From contig CAVPSJ010000019.1 in the NCBI GenBank assembly GCA_963708295.1, positions 81,498 through 145,497 on the forward strand: a stretch of DNA of 64,000 nucleotides. Reading direction: 5' to 3'. The DNA is from an uncultured delta proteobacterium. GTDB taxonomy: Bacteria > Desulfobacterota > BSN033 > UBA1163. The notes under the pieces were generated by a model. That model worked only from the letters and a program-made list of their open reading frames with translations. It was not told the DNA's origin and made no database searches. Shown here piece after piece: positions 20,159 through 28,771 of the stretch. Numbering within the stretch: the stretch's first letter is position 1; every line of letters begins with the position of its first letter. Made by a program: the position numbers and the translations under genes.

Positions 20159-20170
20159 CCGTCATTCACA

Positions 20171-20728
20171 TCACCCCAGGATCTTCTTGAGGGCTTCGTC
20201 GGTTTTCTTTCCTCGGGGGCCTTCCCCTGGAAGGTAGAGCATCACTCCCTTGCCACTCCTGAGCGGGACGATTTCAATCTTCCCCTCGGAGACCATCCTG
20301 CTTGTGAATTCGATCGGGTCTTTGTTGAAATGCTTTCGGAAGGCATCATTGAACCCGGTGAAGACGCTGTGGATTCCCCGGTATGGCTCTTTTCTTAGCT
20401 TTTTGATCCCCTCGGTAACGAACTCTTCTTCAGAAAGGGGCGTGCCTCCGGATCCCATAATCAACTGGATGATCTCTTCGGCAGATGGCCTTTTCGGAGC
20501 CTCTCCGGGGAGAAAAAGCATGACCCCTCCTTTAAAAGGCCTCGTCTCTATTTTTCCCTCAGCAGCCAATTTGGAAGTGGCTTCGACCGGATTGGTCTGG
20601 AAGTATTTTCTAAAGGCCTCGTTAAAACCGCTGTAGACGCTATGGATTCCCCGGTATGGATCTTTCCTCAATTTCTTGATCGCCTGAAGGACAAACTCCT
20701 CTTCGGTCAACTTCTTTTCCTCTTCCAT
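20171..20728 (-). CDS. Hypothetical protein with two tandem copies of a ~80-aa basic domain
   Basis: EEEFVxxxIKKLRKxPYRGIHSVxxGFNxAFRKxF...EGKIE..P..G.GVMLxLPGExP occurs twice; GGAGG SD. Confidence 0.85.
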   Translation of the reverse strand: MEEEKKLTEEEFVLQAIKKLRKDPYRGIHSVYSGFNEAFRKYFQTNPVEATSKLAAEGKIETRPFKGGVMLFLPGEAPKRPSAEEIIQLIMGSGGTPLSEEEFVTEGIKKLRKEPYRGIHSVFTGFNDAFRKHFNKDPIEFTSRMVSEGKIEIVPLRSGKGVMLYLPGEGPRGKKTDEALKKILG

Positions 20729-20905
20729 CGGCTTCCTCCGTTCCTACCATCTTTTGCCAAGGGGTAAAAACCCGGCCGGCCTGCCCATCAGGGGCAAAAA
20801 AATTAGAAAGTTCTAATTCTATTTTAATCTTCTTTTAATGTAGATCGTGTATACTGGTAAGTAAGAATACAAAAAACTCTTTCCTCCTATTTAACCCTTT
20901 TCCTC

Positions 20906-20944
20906 AAAAATCCATCGAGCCCAGTGAACTCGATGGATTTTTTT
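20906..20944. terminator. Intrinsic terminator after the DGQHR gene
   Basis: AAAAATCCATCGAG-N9-CTCGATGGATTTTT. Confidence 0.8.
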
Positions 20945-22070
20945 ATGGGGTCTTCAGGGCATCTCGAAGCTCCCGGGTGAGAAGTTCTACGGTCCCCCGG
21001 GTCCCCCCCGCCAATTTCCTCCGCCACTCTCCCTCCGTCTCGAATCGGTCTTCTCCGATTCTATCCCCCCAGGGTTTGATCGCCTCTCGAATGCCAAAAT
21101 AATCGAAAGAATCATTCTTTAATTCCTTCGATCGCGCCATGACATCCGGGCTTACTCGAATAAAGGCGCGAAGAGCGGCTCCGGTCTTAATACTGTATTT
21201 CCGGCCCGCCCAGGCCTTCGGGAAGAGTGCCAGAACGGCCTTGAAGTAGTTCAGAAAGAATCGCTTTCCGTTCTCCTCAAATCCCTTGAATCGCTCCTTC
21301 CCTCCGAGTTTCTCGATGTTGCTAAAAAGCTCCACCATTTCATCGGCCAGCGAGGCCTGGGAAACACTGCCCTTCCCGACGCCCAATATTTTGACTTCTC
21401 CCTTCAAAGGAGAGCTCTCTTCTTCATTGAGCTCGCGAATGACATCATGCGCCAATGCCTGGTACCGGTCGGCATAAAGCCTTCGGCCCGACAGGGAGAT
21501 AAGATGGGAGGGATTGAGCCGGGTGTGCTTGGCATTGATCGTGACAAAAAGCTCGACGGTCTGGCGAGGATCCAGGCTGTCGAAGAGGACCGCGGGGACA
21601 TCGATGTCAATCTCTTTTTCGGTCTGGGCGCTGAGGGCTAACAATCGGTGCTGACCATCCAGGCAGCGAAGGATCCCGGTTTCCTCCGGGATCTCGAGCA
21701 TCCCCAGGTTGGAATTCTTTCCGACGGAGGAGAATCGAAGCCGTTTCTCCGTAATCATGATCACGGCACCCGGGATGGCGGGTAGATTTCTGGCCTCCTG
21801 ACAATCCGAATAATACCGGACCAATTCACGGATCTTCTTCTGAATCATCGGCCTTTGAAAGGCGGCCTCGCTCCTCCCGATCCTTTTCTCCAGCAATTCC
21901 CAGTTGATGGCGGAGGCTTTCCCGGTTTTTTTTCGCTCCTTCTCATCCGCGACCGCTGGATAATTCAACACTTCAAATTTAACCAGCTTCTGGATATCGC
22001 CCGATGTAAAAGAGGTTTGATAGAACTCCACCCCAAATTGTCTAACCTTATGGGCCGGGACTGTGATCAT
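20943..22070 (-). CDS. DGQHR domain protein (DndB/DpdB-related, ParB/Srx-like fold)
   Basis: FQRP, LDGQHRLLAL and FVTINAKHTRL motifs; AGGAGG SD before ATG 22070. Confidence 0.9.
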   Translation of the reverse strand: MITVPAHKVRQFGVEFYQTSFTSGDIQKLVKFEVLNYPAVADEKERKKTGKASAINWELLEKRIGRSEAAFQRPMIQKKIRELVRYYSDCQEARNLPAIPGAVIMITEKRLRFSSVGKNSNLGMLEIPEETGILRCLDGQHRLLALSAQTEKEIDIDVPAVLFDSLDPRQTVELFVTINAKHTRLNPSHLISLSGRRLYADRYQALAHDVIRELNEEESSPLKGEVKILGVGKGSVSQASLADEMVELFSNIEKLGGKERFKGFEENGKRFFLNYFKAVLALFPKAWAGRKYSIKTGAALRAFIRVSPDVMARSKELKNDSFDYFGIREAIKPWGDRIGEDRFETEGEWRRKLAGGTRGTVELLTRELRDALKTP

Positions 22071-22293
22071 AACCCACCCCCTCCTTGACGGATTCAACCA
22101 CGCTACGCGCATAGCGCCAAGCACTTAGCGCCTTTCCATAGATACATAGATACCAAAATTTCTATACCGAAACAAGCAATTTCTGTTCCTCTCCGATTGA
22201 TTTTGGTTGCTTTTGGGGTGCCCGTTTGTTAGATTTGAACTATATCGCTTTTTTGTTTCGAGGGATAACGTTAATCAAGCCAGGAGGAATCGA

Positions 22294-22698
22294 ATGAAAA
22301 AGAGATTATGGATGAGCCTATTCGCCATCTTCTTTATGGTCGGGATACTGGCGACTTTTGCCAAGTCTGCGGACGTCCCCAGGATGAAAAAAGATGAGCT
22401 CAAGGCAATGCTCGACAACCCTGATCTGGTCATCCTTGATGTGCGCAGTGAAAACGACTGGAAAGATGGCGATTCGAAGATCAAAGGAGCTGTTCGAGAA
22501 GATCCGGAATCCGTTAAACCCTGGGCAGAGAAGTACTCAAAGGATAAGACCTTGGTTCTTTACTGTGCCTGACCTTCGGAGGGAACCAGCGCCCGTGTGG
22601 CGCAGAAGCTGATGGACATGGGATTTACAAAGGTTTATGCCCTCAAAGGGGGCTGGAGGGAATGGCTCAGGGCCAACTACCCCACCGAAAAAAAGTGA
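22294..22698 (+). CDS. Exported rhodanese-domain protein, probable selenoprotein (CxU; UGA 22570-22572)
   Basis: VILDVR..IKGA..LVLYCA-UGA-PSEGTSARVAQKLMDMGFTKVYALKGGWREW completes the rhodanese fold; hairpin GCGCC-CGTGT-GGCGC at 22589-22603. Confidence 0.9.
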
Positions 22699-22830
22699 GT
22701 TTTTGTTCCCGTCTATTCGCGGTTCTGGAGAGTCTCAAAGATATAAAAGCCTCACAAAAGGATTGCGCTGTCTAATCGCCTTGCCCTACGACTGGAATCT
22801 AAAACAGTAAGAAAACAGAGGAACTGCTCA

Positions 22831-23433
22831 ATGAAAAGAATGTGTTTCATCTTGATGTTTCTGCTTTTTTCTTTCACGTTACCCTTGTTTCAGGCTTTTT
22901 CACAAGAAGTTCGATACAAAAGATTCTCACCCGAGGAGGTCAAAAAGATGTCCGAACAGCAAGCAATCATCCACACAAGATTAGGAGATATTACTTTGAA
23001 GTTCTTCCCTGATATAGCGCCCAATCATGTGAATAACTTCATCGAACTTGCTAAGAAAGGCTTTTACAACGGAACGATTTTCCACAGGGTCGTCCCCAAG
23101 TTTGTCATTCAAGGAGGGGACCCGAACTCAAAAGATCCTGACCGTTCGAAGCATGGCACGGGAGGTCCCGGTTATAGCGTCAAAGCAGAATTCAGCAAGA
23201 CCCCTCATAAGCGCGGAACGCTCTCCATGGCCAGGTCTGCCCATCCAGACAGCGCCGGATCCCAGTTCTTCATCTGCGTTGCGGCTGCACCTTTTCTCGA
23301 TGGAAAATATACGGCCTTTGGAGAGGTGGTGAAGGGAATCGAGGTCGTGGATAAGATCGTTTCCCAGCCCAGAGATGGTAACGATAATCCAAATGACCGA
23401 ATCGAAATGACGGTCGACATCGTCACCGAATGA
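22831..23433 (+). CDS. Cyclophilin-type peptidyl-prolyl cis-trans isomerase
   Basis: FYNGTIFHRVVPKFVIQGGDP, RGTLSMARSAHPDSAGSQFFI and LDGKYTAFGEV. Confidence 0.96.
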   Translation: MKRMCFILMFLLFSFTLPLFQAFSQEVRYKRFSPEEVKKMSEQQAIIHTRLGDITLKFFPDIAPNHVNNFIELAKKGFYNGTIFHRVVPKFVIQGGDPNSKDPDRSKHGTGGPGYSVKAEFSKTPHKRGTLSMARSAHPDSAGSQFFICVAAAPFLDGKYTAFGEVVKGIEVVDKIVSQPRDGNDNPNDRIEMTVDIVTE

Positions 23434-23792
23434 ATATGAACCAAGGACAGAAGAAAATGCCTTTTCAGGATGAGTGGGGCCATGACGCCTCGGTTCAAAG
23501 TATGCGACGGGTCTTTTCCTCCATCGAGGAGGCTCAGCGGGAATTATTATTCTGTTTGAATATTTCCTATCTGGACCGGAGACTACGGCGCAGTCGCGAA
23601 CAGGCGCTTGAGCTTTTCGAACGGACCTGGACAAAGGCCCTTCGAAAGGGAGGGATGGACGAAAAAGATGCCGCTCCCCTCTATCTTCACTGCCTGGCGC
23701 GGACGTTGCGTTCAGCCGGGGTTGAAGTCTCAGAGGAAGTGTTGCCCAAGGATGAAAAGGTCATTCACCTTCTACGAAAGGACCCGTCATGA
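23430..23792 (+). CDS. Hypothetical protein
   Basis: ATGA overlaps with both neighbouring genes. Confidence 0.7.
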   Translation: MNMNQGQKKMPFQDEWGHDASVQSMRRVFSSIEEAQRELLFCLNISYLDRRLRRSREQALELFERTWTKALRKGGMDEKDAAPLYLHCLARTLRSAGVEVSEEVLPKDEKVIHLLRKDPS

Positions 23793-24124
23793 TCCGTCTC
23801 CGCTTGTTTGGCCGCTGCAGGATTTATCACGATCCTGTCAGCCCGGTGCTTCTTGCCCCGGCACAAATCGGCTGGAAAGCGTGGTTTCGGAACATTGATC
23901 TGGTCACTCCGCAACCGCTGAAAGGTGAAGAACTGCTCCTCCGGACACGCGGCTGGTGGACGGTGGAGCCAAAGGACGTGGCCGAGGTCGTCAAGAAATA
24001 TGGTCGGCTCATGGTGGGGGAAGAAGGAGACCTGATGACCGAGTTTGACGACCAGAATGCGGCGGAGTCCCTTTCAGCCGAGTTGAAGGAGCGCTTCGGA
24101 GACCAGGTTCAGCTTTCGCCGTGA
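23789..24124 (+). CDS. Hypothetical protein
   Basis: ATGA overlap with the upstream gene; ordinary codon usage. Confidence 0.7.
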   Translation: MIRLRLFGRCRIYHDPVSPVLLAPAQIGWKAWFRNIDLVTPQPLKGEELLLRTRGWWTVEPKDVAEVVKKYGRLMVGEEGDLMTEFDDQNAAESLSAELKERFGDQVQLSP

Positions 24125-24212
24125 TAACCCAAAAACCGCACAGGGCATAGCGCATAGCGTAAACAATACAGCGGGAGAAAACGACACTCGTTAATAGTGG
24201 AAGGTGGCTTAA

Positions 24213-24548
24213 ATGAAAAACAAACCTTATCGAATCCATCATAAGCAACCTCCTCAAAAACCGGGTGACTACCCGTCGATTGAGGAGGCTCTTAAGAAAT
24301 TAAAGAAGGCCGAGCCGCCGTGGAGTGATTATCGGGAACGGTCCCTCAAAATCCACGGCCTGATTTGCGCCAAGTGCGGAAGAGAATTTGATGAAAAGAC
24401 CCGGCACCTTTTGACCGTCCACCACAAAGACGGCAATCACCTCAACAACCCCCCCGATGGATCGAACTGGGAGAACCTGTGTGTCTATTGCCACGATGAC
24501 GAACACAGCCGGGAACTGCTGGGAAAATATTTATCCGAAGAAAAATAA
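24213..24548 (+). CDS. yajD: YajD-family HNH nuclease
   Basis: YRERSLK..CAKCGREF..LTVHHKDGNHLNNPPDGSNWENLCVYCHDDEHSR. Confidence 0.9.
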   Translation: MKNKPYRIHHKQPPQKPGDYPSIEEALKKLKKAEPPWSDYRERSLKIHGLICAKCGREFDEKTRHLLTVHHKDGNHLNNPPDGSNWENLCVYCHDDEHSRELLGKYLSEEK

Positions 24549-24550
24549 AA

Positions 24551-24574
24551 AAGGGCGGGAAAAGTCCCGCCCTT
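24551..24574. terminator. Intrinsic terminator between convergent genes
   Basis: AAGGGCGGGA-AAAG-TCCCGCCCTT preceded by an A run (U tract on the minus strand). Confidence 0.75.
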
Positions 24575-24605
24575 CCGTGATTGCTCCAGTTTAACCATTC
24601 CCTAT

Positions 24606-25307
24606 TTAATATCGGATAGAGAACCCGGCGCTTACGAACCATTCTTTCCTGAATTTGTCCATTTCTTCAACGGATGGCGTATTTATCTCAAACCCGTTTC
24701 CGCTGGTGTCCAATCTTCTATAACCGCCTCCCAGGAAGGGCTCAAGAATAAACCGCTGCAGTTTCACCGTCCCGCCGGCAAATGCCCCGACTCCCCACCG
24801 GTTTCCGTCCAGGGATATTTTATCAAGGAAATTGCTTGGCAAGGAATCCGCATATTTGAAATTAAGGTCCTCGCTGATCCAGCCATAGAAGAAGTTTAGA
24901 CCGGTCCTCAATGTTACCGAGGGGGAAACCACTTTCTCTCCGGCCAGTTTTAGGATAATTTGATGTTCGGTATGATTCGGATATTTTCCATAATCGAAGA
25001 TTCCGAAGTCGACACCATCCGTACCAAAGGCCCAAAACGAGGTCTTTTCGTCGAGAAACGCATAATAGATTCCGGCGGCGATGGTTGTCCCTGCGGAAAA
25101 CTCCTTGCTCACGCCTCCACCCGCCTCAAGGAAAAGAATCCTTTCTTCATGGATGTAATCAGCAGTGCCGTTTGCGAAGAATAGGCTTCCCGGCCCGGAG
25201 CCGTCTTTTCTCTTCTTCTGGTAATTAATTCTTGCGCTGAAGGGTAACGTAAGACCGCCCGCGAGTTGGATGGAAGAGACTTGGGGGCAGCCCTTGACCG
25301 GTGACAA
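24606..25307 (-). pseudogene. C-terminal fragment of an outer-membrane beta-barrel protein (probably 5'-truncated)
   Basis: Alternating beta-strand pattern and a terminal FVSAGFSIRY aromatic signature; no signal peptide or convincing start. Confidence 0.55.
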
Positions 25308-25409
25308 AATGGACGAGGACGGGATGAAAGGAACGTTGGAACTTTGAATTGTCGACTTGCGAAAAAGAAAGAACTCCTAGAAAATTGGGGGTACGAGAAA
25401 GAAAGGAAC

Positions 25410-25745
25410 TTATAATTCAACGCGGTTGATGATTGTGATTCCCGTATGATAACAGCAGCAGGCGCTGTCAAAACTATTATCAAAGACCCTCTGTTTGCCG
25501 TCCTGGAAGAGAATTCGAGCATAACACATCCCCCCGGGTAAATCAGAGGCCCATGTCTCCATCACCATCCCCCCTCCCCAGGATTTACACTTCTTATGAA
25601 ACACCTTGTCTCCAACACGAAGATAAGTGTGTTTCCCATTCTTCTGCTTTTGCGTTGAGCAGATCTCGCTTCTTTTCTGAGGGAGGTTTTTCATCATCAG
25701 GAAACTCTCTTTTTCCTCTCCCACCTTCGATGGACCCAGAACCAT
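25410..25745 (-). CDS. Small DUF3553-like protein (true start probably near 25640)
   Basis: YLRVGDKVFH..WGGG.V..GG.C..RILFQDG..R.F...CCCY..GI, an SH3-like pattern recalled from deltaproteobacterial proteins. Confidence 0.6.
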   Translation of the reverse strand: MVLGPSKVGEEKESFLMMKNLPQKRSEICSTQKQKNGKHTYLRVGDKVFHKKCKSWGGGMVMETWASDLPGGMCYARILFQDGKQRVFDNSFDSACCCYHTGITIINRVEL

Positions 25746-26587
25746 TGATCAGGATACTGTCGGATCATGGATTCAAGGGTATGATTGAAAAGTTGAGTAT
25801 TGGTCTCCGCATCTTTCTTGATATCTCTGGTATGGACCAACTCGAGCGGCTCTTGAATGATGAGCCGATGCTTTCCAAACCCATTTCGAACCATAAAAAC
25901 CGGCACTACAGGGGCTCCCGTCTTCATCGCCAGGACGGCCAAACCAGGAGTGGTCGGCGCCTTCTTCCCAAAAAAGTCAGCCCATACCCCTTCGCTTCGT
26001 TTCGCCCTCTGGTCGATCAAGATCCCCACCACTCGATTTTTGGAAAGCGCCTTGATCACGGTCCGGCTCGCCTTGATGCTCGAAACCACTTCAAGACCCG
26101 CGGCGTTTCTGATCTCTGTAATATATTGATCCATCCTCATATTCTTTTTCATCGGTTTCGCAATCACCATGATCGAGTCCCCGATCAGCTTGGACATGAT
26201 TCCCATCATCTCCCAATTCCCAAAATGGGAAAGAAGAAGGAGTATCCCTTTCCCTTTCTCAAGAAGCCTCAGGGCCTGGTCTAACCCCTCAATTGTAACC
26301 CTTTTTTTGAACGTTTCCACATCCATCCTGGGGATCCTGAAGAACTCGACGGCCATCATCCCCAAATTCTGAAAGGCCTTTTGGGCAATCGCGTGACGCT
26401 CCCTTTCGGATTTTTCCTTACCGAAAGCGACTTGAAGATTCTCAAGGGCCACCTTCCGCCGCTCCCAATCCAGATGAAAAAAGATGCCCCCCAACTGCCT
26501 CCCGCACCAAAGGGCAAAACCTTCCGGCAGAAAGTTAACAAAGAGGCTGAAACCTTTGATCAGTAAGACCTGGAGGTAACCCATCAA
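25697..26587 (-). CDS. lpxL: Lipid A late acyltransferase (LpxL/HtrB family)
   Basis: HFGNWE, ILIDQ, FFGKKAPT and YPDQWFWVHRRW. Confidence 0.92.
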   Translation of the reverse strand: MMGYLQVLLIKGFSLFVNFLPEGFALWCGRQLGGIFFHLDWERRKVALENLQVAFGKEKSERERHAIAQKAFQNLGMMAVEFFRIPRMDVETFKKRVTIEGLDQALRLLEKGKGILLLLSHFGNWEMMGIMSKLIGDSIMVIAKPMKKNMRMDQYITEIRNAAGLEVVSSIKASRTVIKALSKNRVVGILIDQRAKRSEGVWADFFGKKAPTTPGLAVLAMKTGAPVVPVFMVRNGFGKHRLIIQEPLELVHTRDIKKDAETNTQLFNHTLESMIRQYPDQWFWVHRRWERKKRVS

Positions 26588-26600
26588 CCGTTTTTCTCCC

Positions 26601-26714
26601 TAAATTCCAAATCCCAAACAAGCTCCAAAATCCAATTTCTAAATGACCCAAACAGTCTCGTTTGGAATTTTGGTGATTGGAATTTATTTGAAATTCGGTA
26701 TTTGGTATCTAAAA
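26601..26714. repeat. 7-nt-period imperfect inverted repeat array
   Basis: AAATTCC AAATCCC AAACAAG..AAATGACCCAAAC / GTTTGGAATTTTGGTGATTGGAATTTATTTGAAATTCGGTATTTGG. Confidence 0.75.
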
Positions 26715-26727
26715 TGTGATGCTTATT

Positions 26728-26913
26728 CTACTCCTCCCCCTGATAGGGAAGCGCTTCGTCAATCAACATCACGGGGATATCGTCCTTGATCGGGTAGAGC
26801 AAATGACACGCCTTACAGATCAAGCCATCCCCTTTACGATTCAGGAAAATATCTCCTTTGCACTTCGGACAGGCCAAAATCTCCAAAAGCTCTTTACTGA
26901 TAACCATTTTCAT
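26728..26913 (-). CDS. Trm112/YcaR family protein
   Basis: LLEILACPKCKG..LICKACHLLYPIKDDIPVMLIDEA. Confidence 0.93.
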   Translation of the reverse strand: MKMVISKELLEILACPKCKGDIFLNRKGDGLICKACHLLYPIKDDIPVMLIDEALPYQGEE

Positions 26914-26989
26914 TCTCCTTTTCTATCTCTTTCCTACGATAGATTCATCTCCCATGGAGGATCAAAATGAATAATCCCCCCTCCCCTCT

Positions 26990-27154
26990 GAAGCTGTGAA
27001 AAAATTGAATTTCAGTCCCGCCGTAGCGGGATGAAAACCGGGGTCCAGCCGGTTTGTAATGTCATGAAAACTCTGGATTCCGGCTGGAGTTTATCCCGAT
27101 GCAAATCGGGGCCGGAATGACATGAGAAAGAACCAAATCAATTTTTTGCACTTC
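26990..27154. mobile_element. MITE-like non-autonomous element, copy 2
   Basis: GAAGCTGTGAAAAAATTGA..TCAATTTTTTGCACTTC ends; core CTGGATTCCGGCTGGAGTTTATCCCGATGCAAATCGGGGCCGGAATGAC nearly identical to copy 1. Confidence 0.7.
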
Positions 27155-27182
27155 CCCTTTACTAAAGGGCGGGGATTTTACC

Positions 27183-27761
27183 CTAAGGCGATTCCTGTTG
27201 AAGAATCCACTGAACAGCTTCAAGAAGGTCCCCCGCCACGTAATCAGGTTTGGCCTCCCATTGGCCGCTGAAATATTCCCATTCCCCCCTCCCATACCCG
27301 GTCAGGACCAAAATCGCTTTGGCTCCAACGCGACGGGCAAATTCTATATCCGCTCCTCGGTCCCCGACCACGTAACTCCGCAACGGGTCAAGATCCAGCT
27401 CTTTCACGGCCTCTTCGACCAACCCGGTCGCCGGCTTTCGACATCGGCACTTCTGCCGATACGGAGGACTCCCGATCTCGGGATGATGGGGACAGTAATA
27501 GATCCCGTCGAGATGGGCCCCCTCTTTCTTCAAGAGTTCCTCCATCTTCCGGTGAACTTGATGAACCAGGGACTCGGGAAAATATCCTCTCGCCACGCCC
27601 GACTGATTCGTGACCACCACCGCCTTCCATTCGTATTGGTTCAACAATCGAATCGCCTGACCCACGCGGGGAAGAAGATAAAACCGTTCGATATGGTTTA
27701 CGTATCCCACCTCTTCATTGAGGGTCCCGTCCCGATCAAGAAAGACCGCCTTGTGTGTCAT
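27183..27761 (-). CDS. gmhB: D-glycero-D-manno-heptose 1,7-bisphosphate phosphatase
   Basis: FLDRDGTL, TNQSGVARG, YCPHHP..CRCRKP and VVGDR. Confidence 0.94.
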   Translation of the reverse strand: MTHKAVFLDRDGTLNEEVGYVNHIERFYLLPRVGQAIRLLNQYEWKAVVVTNQSGVARGYFPESLVHQVHRKMEELLKKEGAHLDGIYYCPHHPEIGSPPYRQKCRCRKPATGLVEEAVKELDLDPLRSYVVGDRGADIEFARRVGAKAILVLTGYGRGEWEYFSGQWEAKPDYVAGDLLEAVQWILQQESP

Positions 27762-27777
27762 ACCTCTTCCCTAAGAC

Positions 27778-27988
27778 GCTGAGATGGCGCGATAGCAAGA
27801 CACGGGGAAACCACTTCACCCCGTCACCCGATCACCGTGTCACCGCGTCTCCTGATCGCTGGGTCTTTAATCCCCCCATCCCCTTATCTCCCTATCGCCG
27901 TGTCGTGACTCTCTCCGTCACCGGGTCTCTCCATCGCCCTATCTTTAATCTCCCCATCCCCCCATCTCCGTGTCTTCGTTTCGCCGGA
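27778..27988. repeat. 8-nt-period repeat array (CCGTGTCA/CCCATCCC type)
   Basis: CCCGTCAC CCGATCAC CGTGTCAC CGCGTCTC; TTTAATC(C/T)CCCCATCCCC occurs twice; short complementary arm at 27778-27808. Confidence 0.7.
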
Positions 27989-28768
27989 TCACCCTTCGTT
28001 GTATCGTTCCAGTTCAAATCGATCGGGAGGGGTAAAACGCAAGAAAGACCGGTGAACCACCCAATCTCCTACATTGTAGTAAAGACATCTCCTCCCATCA
28101 ATCCACTCCTCAACCCCTTCCGGGAAATGGGAGTGGCCGAGGATGACGATCTCAAACCCCCGCAAAAACTTCTGATGAGCAAAAGCCCTGAAAGCCGGGG
28201 GGGGAGCAGGCTGCTCTCCGTCATGATATTTTTGATAAGTGACGTCGCTTAATCTTTGAGCAATGTGCCGAGAGATCCGAGGACCGACAAAATGGATGAG
28301 ACGATAGGTCAGTGCGTTCTTGAGAATTCTTCGGAAGACCCGGTAAGTCCACTGCCTTGGATTCGATAAATCTCCATGGGCGATGAAGGCCCTGCTTTCT
28401 CCCAACCTTTCTTCACACCCGTCGGGATAGACCTCAACCTCCATCCCAAATTGTTCCGGGAAAAAGGAATGAAGAAAGAAATCGTGGTTCCCCTCGAAGT
28501 ATTTAATTCGGATCCCTTCGTGGTACAAGCGTTGAAGCTGATTAAGAACGGGGAGGTAATCGGAAAACAAAGAAGGTTTCTCGGTTGAGGAACCCTTTTT
28601 AAAACCGAAGAAGAATTCGAAAAGATCGCCCAGGATCACCAGATGGCCAATCCGCTTTTTCTCTGAATCCAAGAATCTGAGAAAACCCTCCATGGACTCA
28701 GAATCTCGTCCGGTGAAATGGGCATCGGAAACAAAAATCCAGTCCTTTTCGGAACGAACCAATCCCAA
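27989..28768 (-). CDS. lpxH: UDP-2,3-diacylglucosamine diphosphatase
   Basis: Metallophosphoesterase motifs SDAH, LGDLFE, GNHD, HGD, GHSH and GDW; LPS operon context. Confidence 0.88.
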   Translation of the reverse strand: MGLVRSEKDWIFVSDAHFTGRDSESMEGFLRFLDSEKKRIGHLVILGDLFEFFFGFKKGSSTEKPSLFSDYLPVLNQLQRLYHEGIRIKYFEGNHDFFLHSFFPEQFGMEVEVYPDGCEERLGESRAFIAHGDLSNPRQWTYRVFRRILKNALTYRLIHFVGPRISRHIAQRLSDVTYQKYHDGEQPAPPPAFRAFAHQKFLRGFEIVILGHSHFPEGVEEWIDGRRCLYYNVGDWVVHRSFLRFTPPDRFELERYNEG

Positions 28769-28771
28769 CCC

